Positions 38,196-50,744 of a DNA stretch of 64,000 nucleotides are shown piece after piece (the first letter of the stretch is position 1; each line of letters opens with the position of its first letter). The notes beneath the pieces were generated by a model. The model was not told the DNA's origin. It worked only from the letters and a program-made list of their open reading frames with translations, and made no database searches. The DNA comes from Octopus vulgaris (taxonomy: Eukaryota): assembly GCA_951406725.2 (NCBI GenBank), contig OX597825.1, positions 992,001-1,056,000 of the forward strand. Direction: 5' to 3'. A program made the position numbers and the translations under genes.

Positions 38196-38466
38196 AGCCC
38201 CGCCTCGACTGGCTTCTGTGCTGGTGGCACATAAAAAGCACCATCCGAATGTGGCCGATGCCAGACCCCTCTGGCACCTGTGCAGGTGGCACGTAAAAAA
38301 CACCCACTACACTCGCAGAGTGGTTGGCGTTAGGAAGGGCATCCAGCTGTAGAAACACTGCCAGATCAGACTGGAGCCTGGAGCAGCCCCTGGCTCTCCA
38401 GACCCCGGTCGAACCGTCCAACCCGTGCTAGTGCGGAAAACGGACGTTAAACGATGATGATGATGA
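38192..38466 (+). mobile_element. SINE family B, 5'-truncated young copy
   Basis: High similarity to 46095-46440 (reverse) and 41865-42223; CpG-rich; (ATG)n tail. Confidence 0.85.
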
Positions 38467-38482
38467 TATATATATATATATA

Positions 38483-38861
38483 CTAGCAGTATCGCCCAGC
38501 GTTGCTCAGGTTTGTAAGGGAAATAACTATAAAGCATTTTTAGAGAGTTATAGCCAAAAAATAGCAAAAAAATGGAAAAAAAATGATGGTAAATTTTTTT
38601 TTGAGAGTAAAAAAAGGTTGAGTTGCGTCCCCTAGACAGTCTGTGGTTTGTTTTTTTTATTCTCGACCCCATGTCGAATTTATCGATTTTTTTCAGAACT
38701 GGGGGAACTTTTCAAAATTTTCGCTGTGTTAGTTTTGAATTATGACATTGGGCTATGTGTGTGTCAAGTTTCATCAGAATCGGTTGAAAGCCGGGGTCAG
38801 AGTGAGGGTACGAGAAAACAGACACACAGAAAACGCACAGACAAACTGCCGTTTATATAGA
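38483..38861 (-). mobile_element. Non-autonomous Helitron
   Basis: Minus strand begins 5'-TC (TCTATATAAAC) and ends CTAG-3' with a degenerate GC-rich subterminal hairpin (38495-38510); inserted between A and T in a (TA)n tract with no TSD; AAGTTTCATCAGAATCGG and ACAGAC motifs. Confidence 0.75.
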
Positions 38862-38914
38862 TATATATATATATATATATATATATCTGCTGTTAGTATT
38901 AGGTAAGTAATGCC

Positions 38915-39255
38915 TGTCACCTTGGGCAAGTGTCTTCTACTTTAGCCTCGGGCTGACCAAAACCTTGTGAGTGGATTTGGTAGACAGAAACTGAAAGAAA
39001 TCCATCGTATATGTGTATATATGTATGTATGTTTATGTGTATATGTCTTTGTCTTCCCACCATTGCTTGACGACTGATGTCGGTGTGTTTGCGTCCCTGC
39101 AACTTAGCAGTTCAGCAAAAGAGACTGATAGAATGAGTATTAGACTTAAAAAGAATAAGTCCTGGGGTCAATTTCTTTGACTAAAACCCCTTTAAGGTGG
39201 TGCTCCAGCATGGCTGCAGTCAAATGACTGAAACAAGTAAAAGAATAAAAGACTA
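38915..39255 (+). mobile_element. SINE family A, 5'-truncated copy
   Basis: CACCTTGGGCAAGTGTCTTCTAC...GGTGCTCCAGCATGGCTGCAGTCAAATGACTGAAACAAGTAAAAGAATAAAAGA. Confidence 0.8.
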
Positions 39256-39501
39256 AAAAAAATAGTTTATCTTTTAATGTGCAAATTCCATTTTTCATAC
39301 AGTTTCTGCTTAAGGCACAAGGTTCATTTTGTTTCTCAAAAGGGGTACAGTCCTTTCTATGCTGAAGAGGGTATCCCTTCACCCTTGTACCCGTATGTCC
39401 TTCTGCTTATATTTTTTTTTTTAGTTACAGTGGAATGAAAAGCCAAGTTGTATTGAATGAGATTTAAATGAAGAGCAGCGAGGAAGCAGGCTTGATGAAC
39501 C

Positions 39502-39579
39502 GTCTGGACACGTTCTGCATCTGTTGTCTGGACACGTTCTGCATCTGTTGTCTGGACACGTTCTGCATCTGTTGTCTGG
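39502..39579. repeat. 24-bp tandem repeat, about 3.25 copies
   Basis: Perfect GTCTGGACACGTTCTGCATCTGTT x3 plus GTCTGG. Confidence 0.95.
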
Positions 39580-39649
39580 CTCTATTTGATGTTAATAGAT
39601 TTATGTTGTATATTTTAGATATTTCTAAAACGAAACTCTAAACCATGGG

Positions 39650-40620
39650 GACAGATTGCCTGAATGAGAGTGTAGAATCTGTGTGGAGTTGCAGGCCAAA
39701 CTTGCATGTTTAAGAGAGGCAAAGATGACTATGAAATGCAGTGTCTGGTATGCAAAGCAGGACTGTAGATTGCTGATTAGCAAACACAAATGAATGCAGA
39801 CAATCGTAAGAAAGCAGTTTAAGAAGAGAACTCATCAATGAAGCTGATACATTAGTTTTTGTTTTTTTTTTCAAACTTAGTAGTAAAAGTGAAAATATTG
39901 TCACTGCTACAGAAATTACTTACACATACCCACGATTCTGTTCATTTGCCTGGGTTAAAAAACCCCCAAAAAAGCCAAAGAACAGAACAAAGGAAAACAC
40001 AAAAAACAAAAACAAAAAAACAAACCTATCTTTGGATGGTGAAGAAGATTTTTAGTGCTCAAACAAAAACAGAAGCAATTGTTAATTCTCTGCATTCTGT
40101 TAATGCTGTCTTGAAAAATGTTGAAGAAAATGAGACAACATATTGTGGAATTGCTACAGATGGAAGTAATCACAATTCAATAAAGATATTTCCTGTAATT
40201 ATTCAGTACTTTGACTGGAAGAATGGTGGTTTACAGTCAAAGCTGATTGAGTTAAAGAACACACCTAATGAAACTAGAGACACAATCACTAATTATGTAA
40301 AGGAAGCTCTAGAGAAAAATGGTTTCTCTAAGAAATGTGTTTCTTTTACAGGTGCACTACATTGTTTAGAGAACGCAGGTGTAATGAAGATGGCAAGAAA
40401 GTATTTGCAAATTTGAAGAAAATATTTCAAAAGAGACCATTAATTAGAATGGGTTAGCCACATGTATTTTAAACTGTGTGTCCACCATATTAGGAGGAAG
40501 AGTGTATTATTTGTAAAATGTATCAATAATTTCATATATTCACAATAAAAGCCAAGTCTCTTAAAAAGTATTGTAATTTTGCTTGAAGTTGAATACAAGA
40601 TCCTCACTCTTAATAAAACT
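39650..40620 (+). pseudogene. hAT-superfamily transposase fossil
   Basis: AQTKTEAIVNS...YCGIATDGSNHNSIKIFPVIIQYFDWKNGGLQSKLIEL...NETRDTITNYVKEALEKNG...CVSFTG fits the hAT RNase-H core around the first catalytic Asp; CxxC remnant upstream; frameshifts on both sides. Confidence 0.75.
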
Positions 40621-40637
40621 TGTGATTGGATAATATA

Positions 40638-40684
<47 letters not shown>

Positions 40685-41864
40685 TATCTTCACAAATTGT
40701 TATATACAAAAAAAAATACTACATCATCATTGTCATCATCATCATCATCGTCATCATTTAATGTCTACTTTTTCCATGCTTATATGAATTGGATGGAATT
40801 TGTTGAGGCAAATTTTCTACTGCCCGATGCCCTTCCTGTCACCAACATTTGTGCATTTCCAAACCAGTGATAATTCCCCACAACCAAACATATTTTCATG
40901 AAAGTTTGGAAACAAAGGACACCACATGCATGATGGTGATATTCATTCAGCAACACACACACACACACACAGAACAGGCTTCTTTCAGTTTTGGTTGACC
41001 AAATCCTTTTGTAAGGTTTCGGTCAGCCAGAGAGTCTAGTAGAAGACACTTATGCAGACATCACACAGTCGGACTGAGCCCATATTACACAGTGTCACAC
41101 CTGCACCAAATTAATTAAACTAAAATCTCAATCAAAATCTCATTATAACAAACACTATGACATTAGAATTCTGTTGATCAACACGAATTATATCAAGTTT
41201 TATATTTTTTATGAAACTCTTTTAAAATCTTTATTCAATTGAAAATTAACTGAAGCACATTCCCAGAACTTTCAATAAAAAATATGGCCATGAAACGGTT
41301 AATCCTGGAAATGATTCTGAAGAAAAAATAGCATTCCTACATTTTTTAAAAATAAAGGAACTGTCTTTAACTGTGAGATGAATTCTTTTACTTGTTTTTG
41401 TTATTAGGCTGTGGCCATGATGGGGCACTGCCTCAAAGAATTTCCTTTTAATCGAATGAATCAATCCCAGTACTCATTTTATGAAAGCTTGGTGCTTATT
41501 CGGTCTCTTTTGCCAAACTGCTAAGTTGCCAGGATGTAAACAAACCAACACCAGTTGTCAAGTGGTGGTGGAAGAAAGAAACACAAACAAACAAACAAAT
41601 ATGCAGCACGGAATTTTGTCAGTGAACAGGTTGCGGTCTCAAAGCAACGAAAATATTTTGACAAAATAAATTTAAATGTTGAAGCGAATCGAACGGATTT
41701 TGTGCGTTTCTTAAATGGCTTATAAACACCTTCCATGCTGCAATTGTTTATATATATATGTGAAGACCCGATAAATAATGTGAGTTCATGGATGTTTTCT
41801 GCACCAGTTTCACATAGCAGCCCCAGCCCATCCAAACTACCTAGGATCTCAGAACAGCCTGCTG

Positions 41865-42223
41865 TGCTTACCTTGGATCGTAGGGTGACCTGCTGTGCTT
41901 GAGGAGACCTATTGAGTCAAGTACATCAACATCAAAATAAAAAAATCAAATGGAAATTGTAGTTGTGATACCTGTGCCGGTGGAAAGTAAAAAGCACCAA
42001 CCAATCGTGGCCGCTGCCAGCCTCCCCTGGCACCTGTGCTGATGTCACGTAAAAAGCACCCACTACACTCATGGAGTGGTTGGCGTTAGGAAGGGCATCC
42101 AGCTGTAGAAACACTGCCAGATCAGGCTGGAGCCTGGTGTATCCTCCTAACTTCCCAGACCCTGGTCAAACCGTCCAACCCATGCTAGCATGGAAAACGG
42201 ACGTTAAACGATGATGATGATGA
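41865..42223 (+). mobile_element. SINE family B copy with extended 5' region, two internal modules
   Basis: TGCTGTGCTTGAGGAGACC...TCAAG head shared with the 31991 variant; body and (ATG)n tail as in other copies. Confidence 0.8.
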
Positions 42224-42303
42224 TATATACAGATACCAAAAAAAAAAAAAAATGTCTATTTCTAAATCCCTAATTGCATATTTATTCATTATCGTATAGT
42301 ATT

Positions 42304-42716
42304 ACCTTTTATCTTTCATTTGTTTTAGTCATCAGATAGTGGTCATGCTGGGGCACTGATGAATTTTATTTGGATGAATCAATCACAGAACTAATTTTTT
42401 AAAATACTAGTACATGTACAACTGGTGTCATTTGCTGAATTACTAAGTAACAGGGACATAAACACACCAACACTGGTTGTCAAGCAGTGGGGGAAGTGGA
42501 GGTAATCATAGAAACAAAGACCCCTCCATCCCCCATATATATATATATATATATAAACAATTGGCTTCTTTTCAGTTTCTGTCTACCAAATTCACTGACA
42601 AGGGTTCGGTTGGCCAAGGCTATAGCAAAAGACACTTGCCAAGGTGCCATGCAATGGGACTGAACCCAGAACCATTTGGTTGGGAAGCAAGCTTCTTACC
42701 ACTCAGCCACACCTGC
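42304..42716 (-). mobile_element. SINE family A, full-length diverged copy
   Basis: Reverse complement contains head, body and tail. Confidence 0.75.
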
Positions 42717-43741
42717 ATCTATTATTAATAAGATACTCATTTTTTGGTCAATTAGGTATGGAGCTGCGTGGTTAAGAAGTTTGCCTTGAAACCTCAAGGT
42801 TTTGAGTTCAGTTCCCCTGCATACCATGACGGATACTTTGAGTGTTAAATTGGTAACTTGAAACTGAGCCGATATATGTGTGTGTTTATATATCTATCAG
42901 TATCTCTGCCTTCATGTTGAAAAGACAATACTTGGAAAAAAACCAAACAAAATGGTGTCTTAATAAATGATATGAGACAAAGAGAGATTGTTCAGATAAG
43001 AATTTGACTGAAAATTGAATACTGAGAGAAGTGTAATAAACTAAAAAGCTTTCAAGGCAATGACCCAGCATGGCTGCAGTCCAATGACTCAAACAAGTAA
43101 AAGAGTGACAGAATATTAACCTCATCTTTGGAGATAAAAGGATTTGTGTTTTGTTTTTTATTTTATTTTTTTTTTGCAGTATTTACATTCACAGTTCCAC
43201 TCGGTTTCAGTTTGATCTCAGTTTATCATTACGTATCTTATTCATGGTTGTATACATCATCCCAGACAGGACCCTTTGTTTCCAAACTAAGGGTAATAAT
43301 GGTTTTATCCCCTAAGTCAATGACATCTGATGAGAATCAGTGATCAAAAGATATTGTAAATGTAAATATTGCAAATAGATAAATAAATAAAATTAAAAAA
43401 AAAGTTTTTATCTCTGAAGATGAAATTAATAGTCCGAAAAATTATCCACAAATACTATATTTTTATGAGAAAATATTTGACAAGCCATAGTTGTAATGAA
43501 AAATTATCTGGCACCAATTTATCAGGAGTAGATGTGAGTGATAGATACTTATTAACTTTAAATATTCAATTATCTTGCTTTTGTATTTTCACTCATTTTA
43601 TCTGATTTTTACAGTTATTATCCCCAGTTTTGTGTCTTTATTTTTCTCTTCTCGGAATATTAAATAAAATATTGAAACAAAGTGACAAATCATTATTTTT
43701 GTTAAAAGACTCTGTAAGATTTCACTTCATCGTCATCATCA

Positions 43742-43800
<59 letters not shown>

Positions 43801-44617
43801 TTTCTCACAAACAAAAATTACACAAGAAATAATTAAATTATTTCATGAAATTGAAATATTTTCATTAGTTATATTTGGTAAAACAGTGTTCAATATCTGT
43901 AGATGTAATATCTATTTTGTGTTTTTTTGTCTTGTCAGAATGATGTTTTTAACACTCTGAAAAGGATTATTATAATATTCTTATTTATCTTTCAGTGTGT
44001 TTCCAGGCTCTTCTGTTTCACTTGTCTAGAACAAATATCCCTTAAATTAAGCATAATGAAATTTAACGAAGAAACTATTAGTTTACCATTCTGGAAAGAC
44101 AAAAAACTATTTGTGTTGCAATGTGAAATTTTTTCTAACTAAAATTCACCTGAAGTGTTTAATATAATTAATCTAATAAATCACAATTAAGTTTCAAATG
44201 TCTTCAATTTAAAATGCATTAAATGTCTTTAAATTTTCTATTTATTTTCCACATGAAACATTTTCTCTGTATCAAGATTTTGAACTTAGAGCCATGCTTA
44301 CTGTATTGCTATTTCATATGATTGATTGGGACTTTCAGCTCATTTACATTCAACAATAAATCTATTGGGATACATCTTGAAGATTGATTAAAGATTAAAT
44401 ATTAATAACCAGTATTTTTGTCACCCAATTTAACAGCACCACCTCAGACTTGGGTGCTTTTAGTTGAGTCTAATCTGCTGCAAGCATTTGGGCCAGGTCC
44501 CCAGCTAAAAATATAATTTAAAAAGCCAAATCTATGGTTAAAATAATAAATACCTTCCTTCTTCCCAACAGCCCTGGAAAGGGTCATTTGCATTGTCCCT
44601 TTCTCCTCTGTCTAAAC

Positions 44618-44863
44618 CAGTGGTTCTCAACCATGTTTTGCCTATGCACCCCTTTGATTCCTAATTTTTACTCTACTGGACCCTAATAGACATTCAATGT
44701 TTAAAAAAGTCCCATTATATTTTTATAAGTAAATGTTATTGAGAACTGTATCAAAAATTTGCTAAAATATTTTGAGTATATCCAATTTATTGTGCATAAG
44801 TTTTAACAGCAAAATGTTATGTGGGGTCTCAAGGGCCATATGGAACCCAGTTGAGCACAACTG
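44618..44863. mobile_element. hAT (Charlie-like) MITE
   Basis: TIRs CAGTGGTTCTCAAC / GTTGAGCACAACTG; perfect 8-bp TSD GTCTAAAC at 44610-44617 and 44864-44871. Confidence 0.9.
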
Positions 44864-45169
44864 GTCTAAACCCCAAAGAAGTAAAAAAATAAATAAATGG
44901 TTCTCATAGAATAGCTGTTATATATTGTGCTATATAGTCCTTGAATTAATGTTGTGGATGTTGTTTAGCTCAACTCCTCATCTGAAGAGGCATGCCTGGA
45001 GGCAAAGGTGCTCCAACCGTGACTGTCTCATTTGTTTTTTTCTCAGATATGGTGTATCATCTAGTCAGTGTTGTAACAAGTTGAGGGTTCATTTGGGTAG
45101 GTTGTTGGCCCTCTTCAGAATAGTTGGATGATGGAGCTGCCGTCTTGGTGATGAGCTGATGTACTGTGG

Positions 45170-45270
45170 GTCACTGTTAGTCTGGAACCTCCAAGGGAGA
45201 CCAGCTCGCCAAGGGTAGCCCCTACCAGGAGCAAAGTTCCAGACAGTAATGCTCCCTTGGCTCTTGGGGC
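45170..45270 (-). mobile_element. RTE-clade 5' UTR structured remnant
   Basis: Minus strand GCTCCTGGTAGGGGCTACCCTTGGCGAGCTGGTC...CCAGACTAA resembles the conserved 5' UTR block of RTE (Expander/BovB-type) LINEs, recalled from memory; complementary segments CCAAGGGAG/CTCCCTTGG and TCTGGAAC/GTTCCAGA. Confidence 0.45.
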
Positions 45271-46042
45271 AAAGTGTATCTAGAAGTATGATTAGCTTGT
45301 GTTTCTAACAAGCTAAGTGACTATGAAGAAAATGTCTTCTAGTCTTACCTAATTGCAAAATCCCAATTCAATCCTGGTTAAGCAAACCTAACATCATAGG
45401 GTTTCTAATTACAATCAATCCTGCTTTTAAAAAATGCTTCAAGGTACAATCTACTCATGCCACATAATCCATTGCCTCACCTACCTTCCTTTTTCAAATT
45501 GGTAGGGTGGAATTTGAGTAAGATTTGGCTGCTATTTCTAGAGAGTCAAGCACCTGCATAGGGGCTCTTTCATTTCTTGGATGCAGTTATTTCAGCTTAA
45601 TATCAGTTCAGTTCTAATCATGCTAACCTCTATTCAAAGATATTCTACCTGTGATCATTTCACCATTTTAATGTTATCTAAGATGCCCTTGCTTTTGGAA
45701 GAGATTTGACTGCTATTTTGAGCTGGTTGGATAACCTTGTATAGGGTCCTCTATGGTGTCTGGTTGTACTTGATTAGTTTACTGATATATATACTGTGAT
45801 TGGTCTGTCAGTGGGTCACTAAGTGGCTGATTAATATTTCACATTTTCCTGATACTAAGTCCTGAGTATACTATGAATGTAGTTTGTGAATTAATCTACA
45901 TGTTGCTGTTTAATATTAGGGCTCAGCTGAGCCCTGATAAAGCAGACCTATGATCAAAGTCATTCCAGGTGATCACATATTTTTCAGTGTATAAGGGATC
46001 AAGTATCACATGTGCCTTTCCCTTTTTGGAGTTATTGTTTGA

Positions 46043-46610
46043 CCCTTTAACATTCAGATTTCTTTATCAAATCTAATACTTATTTATTCACATTCATCAT
46101 CATCATCATCGTTTAACGTCCGTTTTCCATGCTAGCACGGGTTGGACGGTTCGACCGGGGTCTGGGAAGCCAGGAGGCTGCACCAGGCTCCAGTCTGATC
46201 TGGCAGTGTTTCTACAGCTGGATGCCCTTCCTAACGCCAACCACTCCGTGAGTGTAGTGGGTGCTTTTTACGTGCCACCAGCACAGGTGCCAGCCGAGGC
46301 TGGCAATGGCCACGATCAGTTGGTGCTTTTTATGTGCCACCAGCACAGAAGCCAGTGAAGGCAGCGCTGGCATCAGCCACATTCGGATGGTGTTTTTTAT
46401 GTGCCACCGGCACAGGGATCACGACTACGCTTTCTATTTGATATCTATTTTGAAACATGTTTTACCTTGTAGCTTCAATATTTCAATTATGTGTTTGCAT
46501 ATTTTTAGAATGACACTGTAGGGTAGGTGTGAGAGGTTGGATGTGGTCAGTTTTGACATAAAACAGGTAGACTATTTTGGCTAAATATGGCTGAATTAAA
46601 TCCTAAAAGG
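46043..46610. mobile_element. piggyBac-type MITE family 2, interrupted by a family B SINE
   Basis: Left part CCCTTTAACATTCAGA... and right part ...TAGGTGTGAGAGG...TAAAAGG together match the reverse complement of 51470-51690. Confidence 0.65.
46095..46440 (-). mobile_element. SINE family B, young copy with three internal modules
   Basis: (CAT)n tail, GGATGCCCTTCCTAACGCCAACC, three GGTG.TTTTTA.GTGCCACC.GCAC modules. Confidence 0.85.
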
Positions 46611-47786
46611 TCTGCTTTTGTCAAGCAAATCAAGTAGACCTTTGTTCACAGGTATTCCAGCTTTGACCACCCTGTCTTTTATTTAGGCACAGTTTACTTA
46701 AGGCAATATTGTTCAATTTGTCTTTTTTAAAGAAGATTATAAGTTGGAAGAAGATTTGGTTGCTATTTCTAGCAGGTTCCCTGAGTTGGTTTTTAAGATG
46801 GAATATAATGGTTATTAGCTGCACTCATTTCTAGACTCACTGATATGCCTATAAACACACACACACACATTTGTAGCTTGTTGGAGGTGGGTGGCATAAT
46901 CTTTGTTAGGGCAATTGTTTATACAGCTGGATGTTATTCCTGCCAATGTGAACAGGAACAGAATTGAATTGTTTTTGCAAGCAAAACTGAGGCAGAGTTC
47001 CCTGCCTTGTTCAGGTGCACATCACAATGGCTGTTGAGAAATTTGGAACTTATAATCATGCGGTCAGCTGTTACTAACACCCCAATTTCATTGATAATTG
47101 CCTATTTGATAGAACCAGGTGAGTGAGAGAGAAAGTGTCAGATGAAATTTTGGTCATGTGACTTCACATAATGAATTCAGTTTAATCCAAAATTAGTTCT
47201 GGTTGAGCAGATCGTCGTCGTTTAACGTCCATTTTCTGTGCTAGCACGGGTTGAGCATTTCAAGCATGGACTTGCTTTCTGATATTACTGTGGACTGCAT
47301 TACCTAATGTGTTCAGCATTATGTTAAAAGCATTGAGCTCCAGCCTTGACCATCCCATCATTTTGTAAATGTATGAAAAACTACTTTGTAAATGTGTATT
47401 CTTCTTTATTTGGTTGGCTGTGATATGAAGAGAGCTTTGGCTGCTAGTTCTAGTAGATCAAGTGAATGTATAGAGTTTCCCTTGGCTTCAAAATAATTAT
47501 CTTGGAATTTGCTCCCAATGAGATGGTAAGGAACTACCAATATAAAAGTCCTCAAGCAACTCATTTAGTTTAACTAATGAGAAACAGCACTCCAAACCAT
47601 AATATGATCAACACAAGATTTAAAAGAATTATGATTCTAGCTATTAGCCAAACAAAGAGGAGGAAGTACCAAAGAGGTACCAAGTCCAATTTAATTAACT
47701 CCATCACTTGCCTAGTATTTGTGGCTTTGTACTTACTTTAGAAATCATTATTAAATTATTTTGAAGGAGACAATATATAAAGTGTT

Positions 47787-47799
47787 AATAATAATAATG

Positions 47800-47846
<47 letters not shown>

Positions 47847-47908
47847 GAAAAGAAGAAGAAGAAGAAGAAGAAGAAGAAGAAGAAGAAGAAGAAGAAGAAG
47901 AAGAAGAA

Positions 47909-47939
<31 letters not shown>

Positions 47940-47984
47940 AAGAAGAAGAAGAAGAAGAAGAAGAAGAAGAAGAAGAAGAAGAAG
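47787..47984. repeat. (AAT)n followed by (GAA)n
   Basis: Direct inspection; more than 40 GAA units. Confidence 0.95.
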
Positions 47985-48145
47985 CTTCTACATGGATATA
48001 TTAGGTAAATCAATCAATACACATGACTCAAGCATGGCTATGTGGTGTCTTGGGCAAATATCTTCTACTACAACCCTGGGCAGACTAATGCCTTGTGAAT
48101 GAATTTGGTAGATGGGTACAATGTGGAAGCCCCCTGTGTGTGTAG

Positions 48146-48310
48146 GTTTCAAATTTTGGCACAAGGCCAGCAATTTCGGGGAAGGGATAAGTCGATGTCA
48201 TTGACCCCAATGCTCAACTGGTACTTATTTTATCAACCCTGATAGGATGAAAGGCAAAAGTCGACCTTGGTGGAACTTGTACTCAGAACGTAAAGACAGA
48301 CAAAATGCCA
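48146..48310 (-). mobile_element. SINE family C, well-preserved copy
   Basis: Reverse complement reads TGTCTTTACGTTCTGAGTACAAGTTCCACCAAGGTCGACTTTTGCCTTTCATCCT...GGCCTTGTGCCAAAATTTGAAACC. Confidence 0.75.
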
Positions 48311-49563
48311 GCTTGCTGTCACACACACACACACACACATGCATTACTCATGGAATGGTAGGCATTAGGAAGGGCATCCAGCCATAGAAACCCTGTCAAA
48401 TCAGACTGGAACTTGGTGCAGCTCTCCAGCTTACTAGTTTTAGTCAAATCGTCTAACCCATGCCAGCATGGAAAGCAGATGTTAAATGTTGATGATGATG
48501 ATGATGATATAAAGGGGACAAATGGGTGAAAGGTTCACGAATGCTATTTGAGATGCATTTCTTGCTGAGGATTAGTTCCATTACATCACAAAAAAAAAAC
48601 ATTGGTTGAATTTTAAATTTCAATTCACCTGAAGAAAACAGTTTTTGTCATGACGTATATAGCTCCTGAAGCAGCCCTGGTGAGCTTTTAACCCTTTTGT
48701 GTTCTTATCATATGTAAATACTATCCTTGGAACCTTCTCTATGTTGGATCTGGAAGTTATGCCAGTGTGCATGGGTATATAATTTCATGTACACGTATAT
48801 CTATACACGTGTGTATATTTGCATGTAGATGTATATGTATGTGTATGAACATGCCTGTATAAAAGGACGTTGTATGTATATGGATGTGTAGGGCATGACT
48901 CTCACATAGCGTCCTTAATATTAAAATGCCTTAATTCAAATGAATTCTACACATAATTGATGTGTGTGTGTGAGTCATTGTGCTTTACTTGTCCCTCCAC
49001 CATATGACAAGTGGTGTTGGTTTGTTTACATTCCCATAACTTAGCAGTTGAGCAAAAAGTACCAAGACTTGAAAACAATAAGTACTGGGGTTAATTTGTT
49101 TGACTAAACTCTTCAAGGTAATGCCCCAGCATGGCCACAATTTAATAACCAAAACAAACAAAAAGTAAAAGGTGAACATAGACATGTGAGTGAAGAAAGG
49201 AACTCTGCTAGAAACTGCAGTCAAATGTCCTTCAAATCAACCTCATCAAGCAAAGAATAGATTAGATAGCAAGATTCTAGAGATATTTCTTAGAAGACAG
49301 GATATTCATGACCGGAATACATTTGATCTCGGGTTTGCTTCAAGTTAAAAAGCAATAATAACAAAACTTAACTTTGTAGACAGGATTAATCACAGCAATG
49401 GCATGAATCTACCAAACTGAGAAGTTTTGAGGACAAACTACAGGACATGTCACTGCATTTAGTTAGGAAATTGAATAAATAAACTCACCAGAATTAACAA
49501 ACAAATAATGACACATCGTTAAAGTGAAGCAGAGAGAAATAAACTTAATAGAAACTAAAAATG

Positions 49564-49768
49564 GAATTAACTCATATACAGCTGTGGAGACAGAGGTGAA
49601 TTAACTCATATACAGCTGTGGAGACAGAGGTGAATTAACTCATATACAGCTGTGGAGACAGAGGTGAATTAACTCATATACAGCTGTGGAGACAGAGGTG
49701 AATTAACTCATATACAGCTGTGGAGACAGAGGTGAATTAACTCATATACAGCTGTGGAGACAGAGGTG
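49564..49768. repeat. 34-bp minisatellite, 6 perfect copies
   Basis: GAATTAACTCATATACAGCTGTGGAGACAGAGGT x6 with no spacers. Confidence 0.97.
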
Positions 49769-50744
49769 TAATGGATGGAAGAACATTTTCACATTAAACA
49801 AGAAGAAACACAATGGTTGGATGGTTAATGCAGTAAATGCCTACATGGTTGTGAGTTCAATAATTAGTCTAGCCTTTGTGTAGAGTCCTTCACTAAGAGT
49901 TAAGACACATAAATCTTCTTTTTATAATTATGTTCTTCTAATGTTGTGAGCTGACAGAATCATTAGCAGAATCTGGACAAAATGCTTAGTGGTATTTCAT
50001 TTGTCCTTATGTTCTGAGTTCAAATTCTGCCAAAGTTAGTTTTGCCCTTTATCCTTTCGGGGTCCATTAAAGGGGTTGATGGAATCCTCTCACTCCTTCC
50101 ACTGAATTTGCTGGCCTTGAGTTCAAATTTGAAACTATTATATTTTTCTACAGTTTCATGGCTGTACAAAAAACAACACAAGCAAGGAGTGAATTCTAGG
50201 AGAAAAGAACTGGGTATCGTGATTAGTGTGGGATTTGGGGGAGAATGGGATGTACAGAGTATGGAAGAGGAATAGAAGAATGAGGAGTGTGATGGGTTGG
50301 TCTGAGCAGGGGCAGCACAATAAACAACCAGGCATAAGACAGAGAGGCCACAAAAGAGTGGAAAATAGAGTGAAAAGGCAGCATTTCAGTGTGAGAGAAA
50401 CTGGAGGTTGTTAAGGAGTTTCTTGCAACATGTTGCCCTTTGGTTTCTCATGCAAGAAACCAAAGAACTGATGCTTTGAACAAATACAAATTGAAGTCTA
50501 AAGTCTGAAAAGTAGGTGAAGAGGTAAACTAGGATGTTTAGTCTGAGTTCTTACAAAGTAGTGAACTTTGCTAAAGGTACCCGAGGCACCTGAGGTAACA
50601 TTAAAACAAGTTGACTCCAAGTAAACCATAGGAATTTTAAAAAATCTCAATAATAGTACCATCCTGCTCAAATATGAATTACCAAAGAAGTACCTGTAGC
50701 AAATGAAGTCACTGAAATATCACCCAGGTACAACTAAGTCATGA

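Noticed and set aside
39502-39579. 24-bp direct repeats as a possible CRISPR array
   Set aside because: No spacers; simple tandem duplication.
39859-40416. 185-aa ORF as a host gene
   Set aside because: Internal stop-free stretch of a frameshifted hAT transposase fossil; no start context or splice support.
47756-48102. Poly-Ile/poly-Arg and poly-Phe ORFs resembling a protamine or membrane peptide
   Set aside because: Pure (AAT)n + (GAA)n repeats running into a SINE.
49564-49768. 34-bp direct repeats as a possible CRISPR array
   Set aside because: Units are contiguous with no unique spacers, no cas genes, eukaryotic context.
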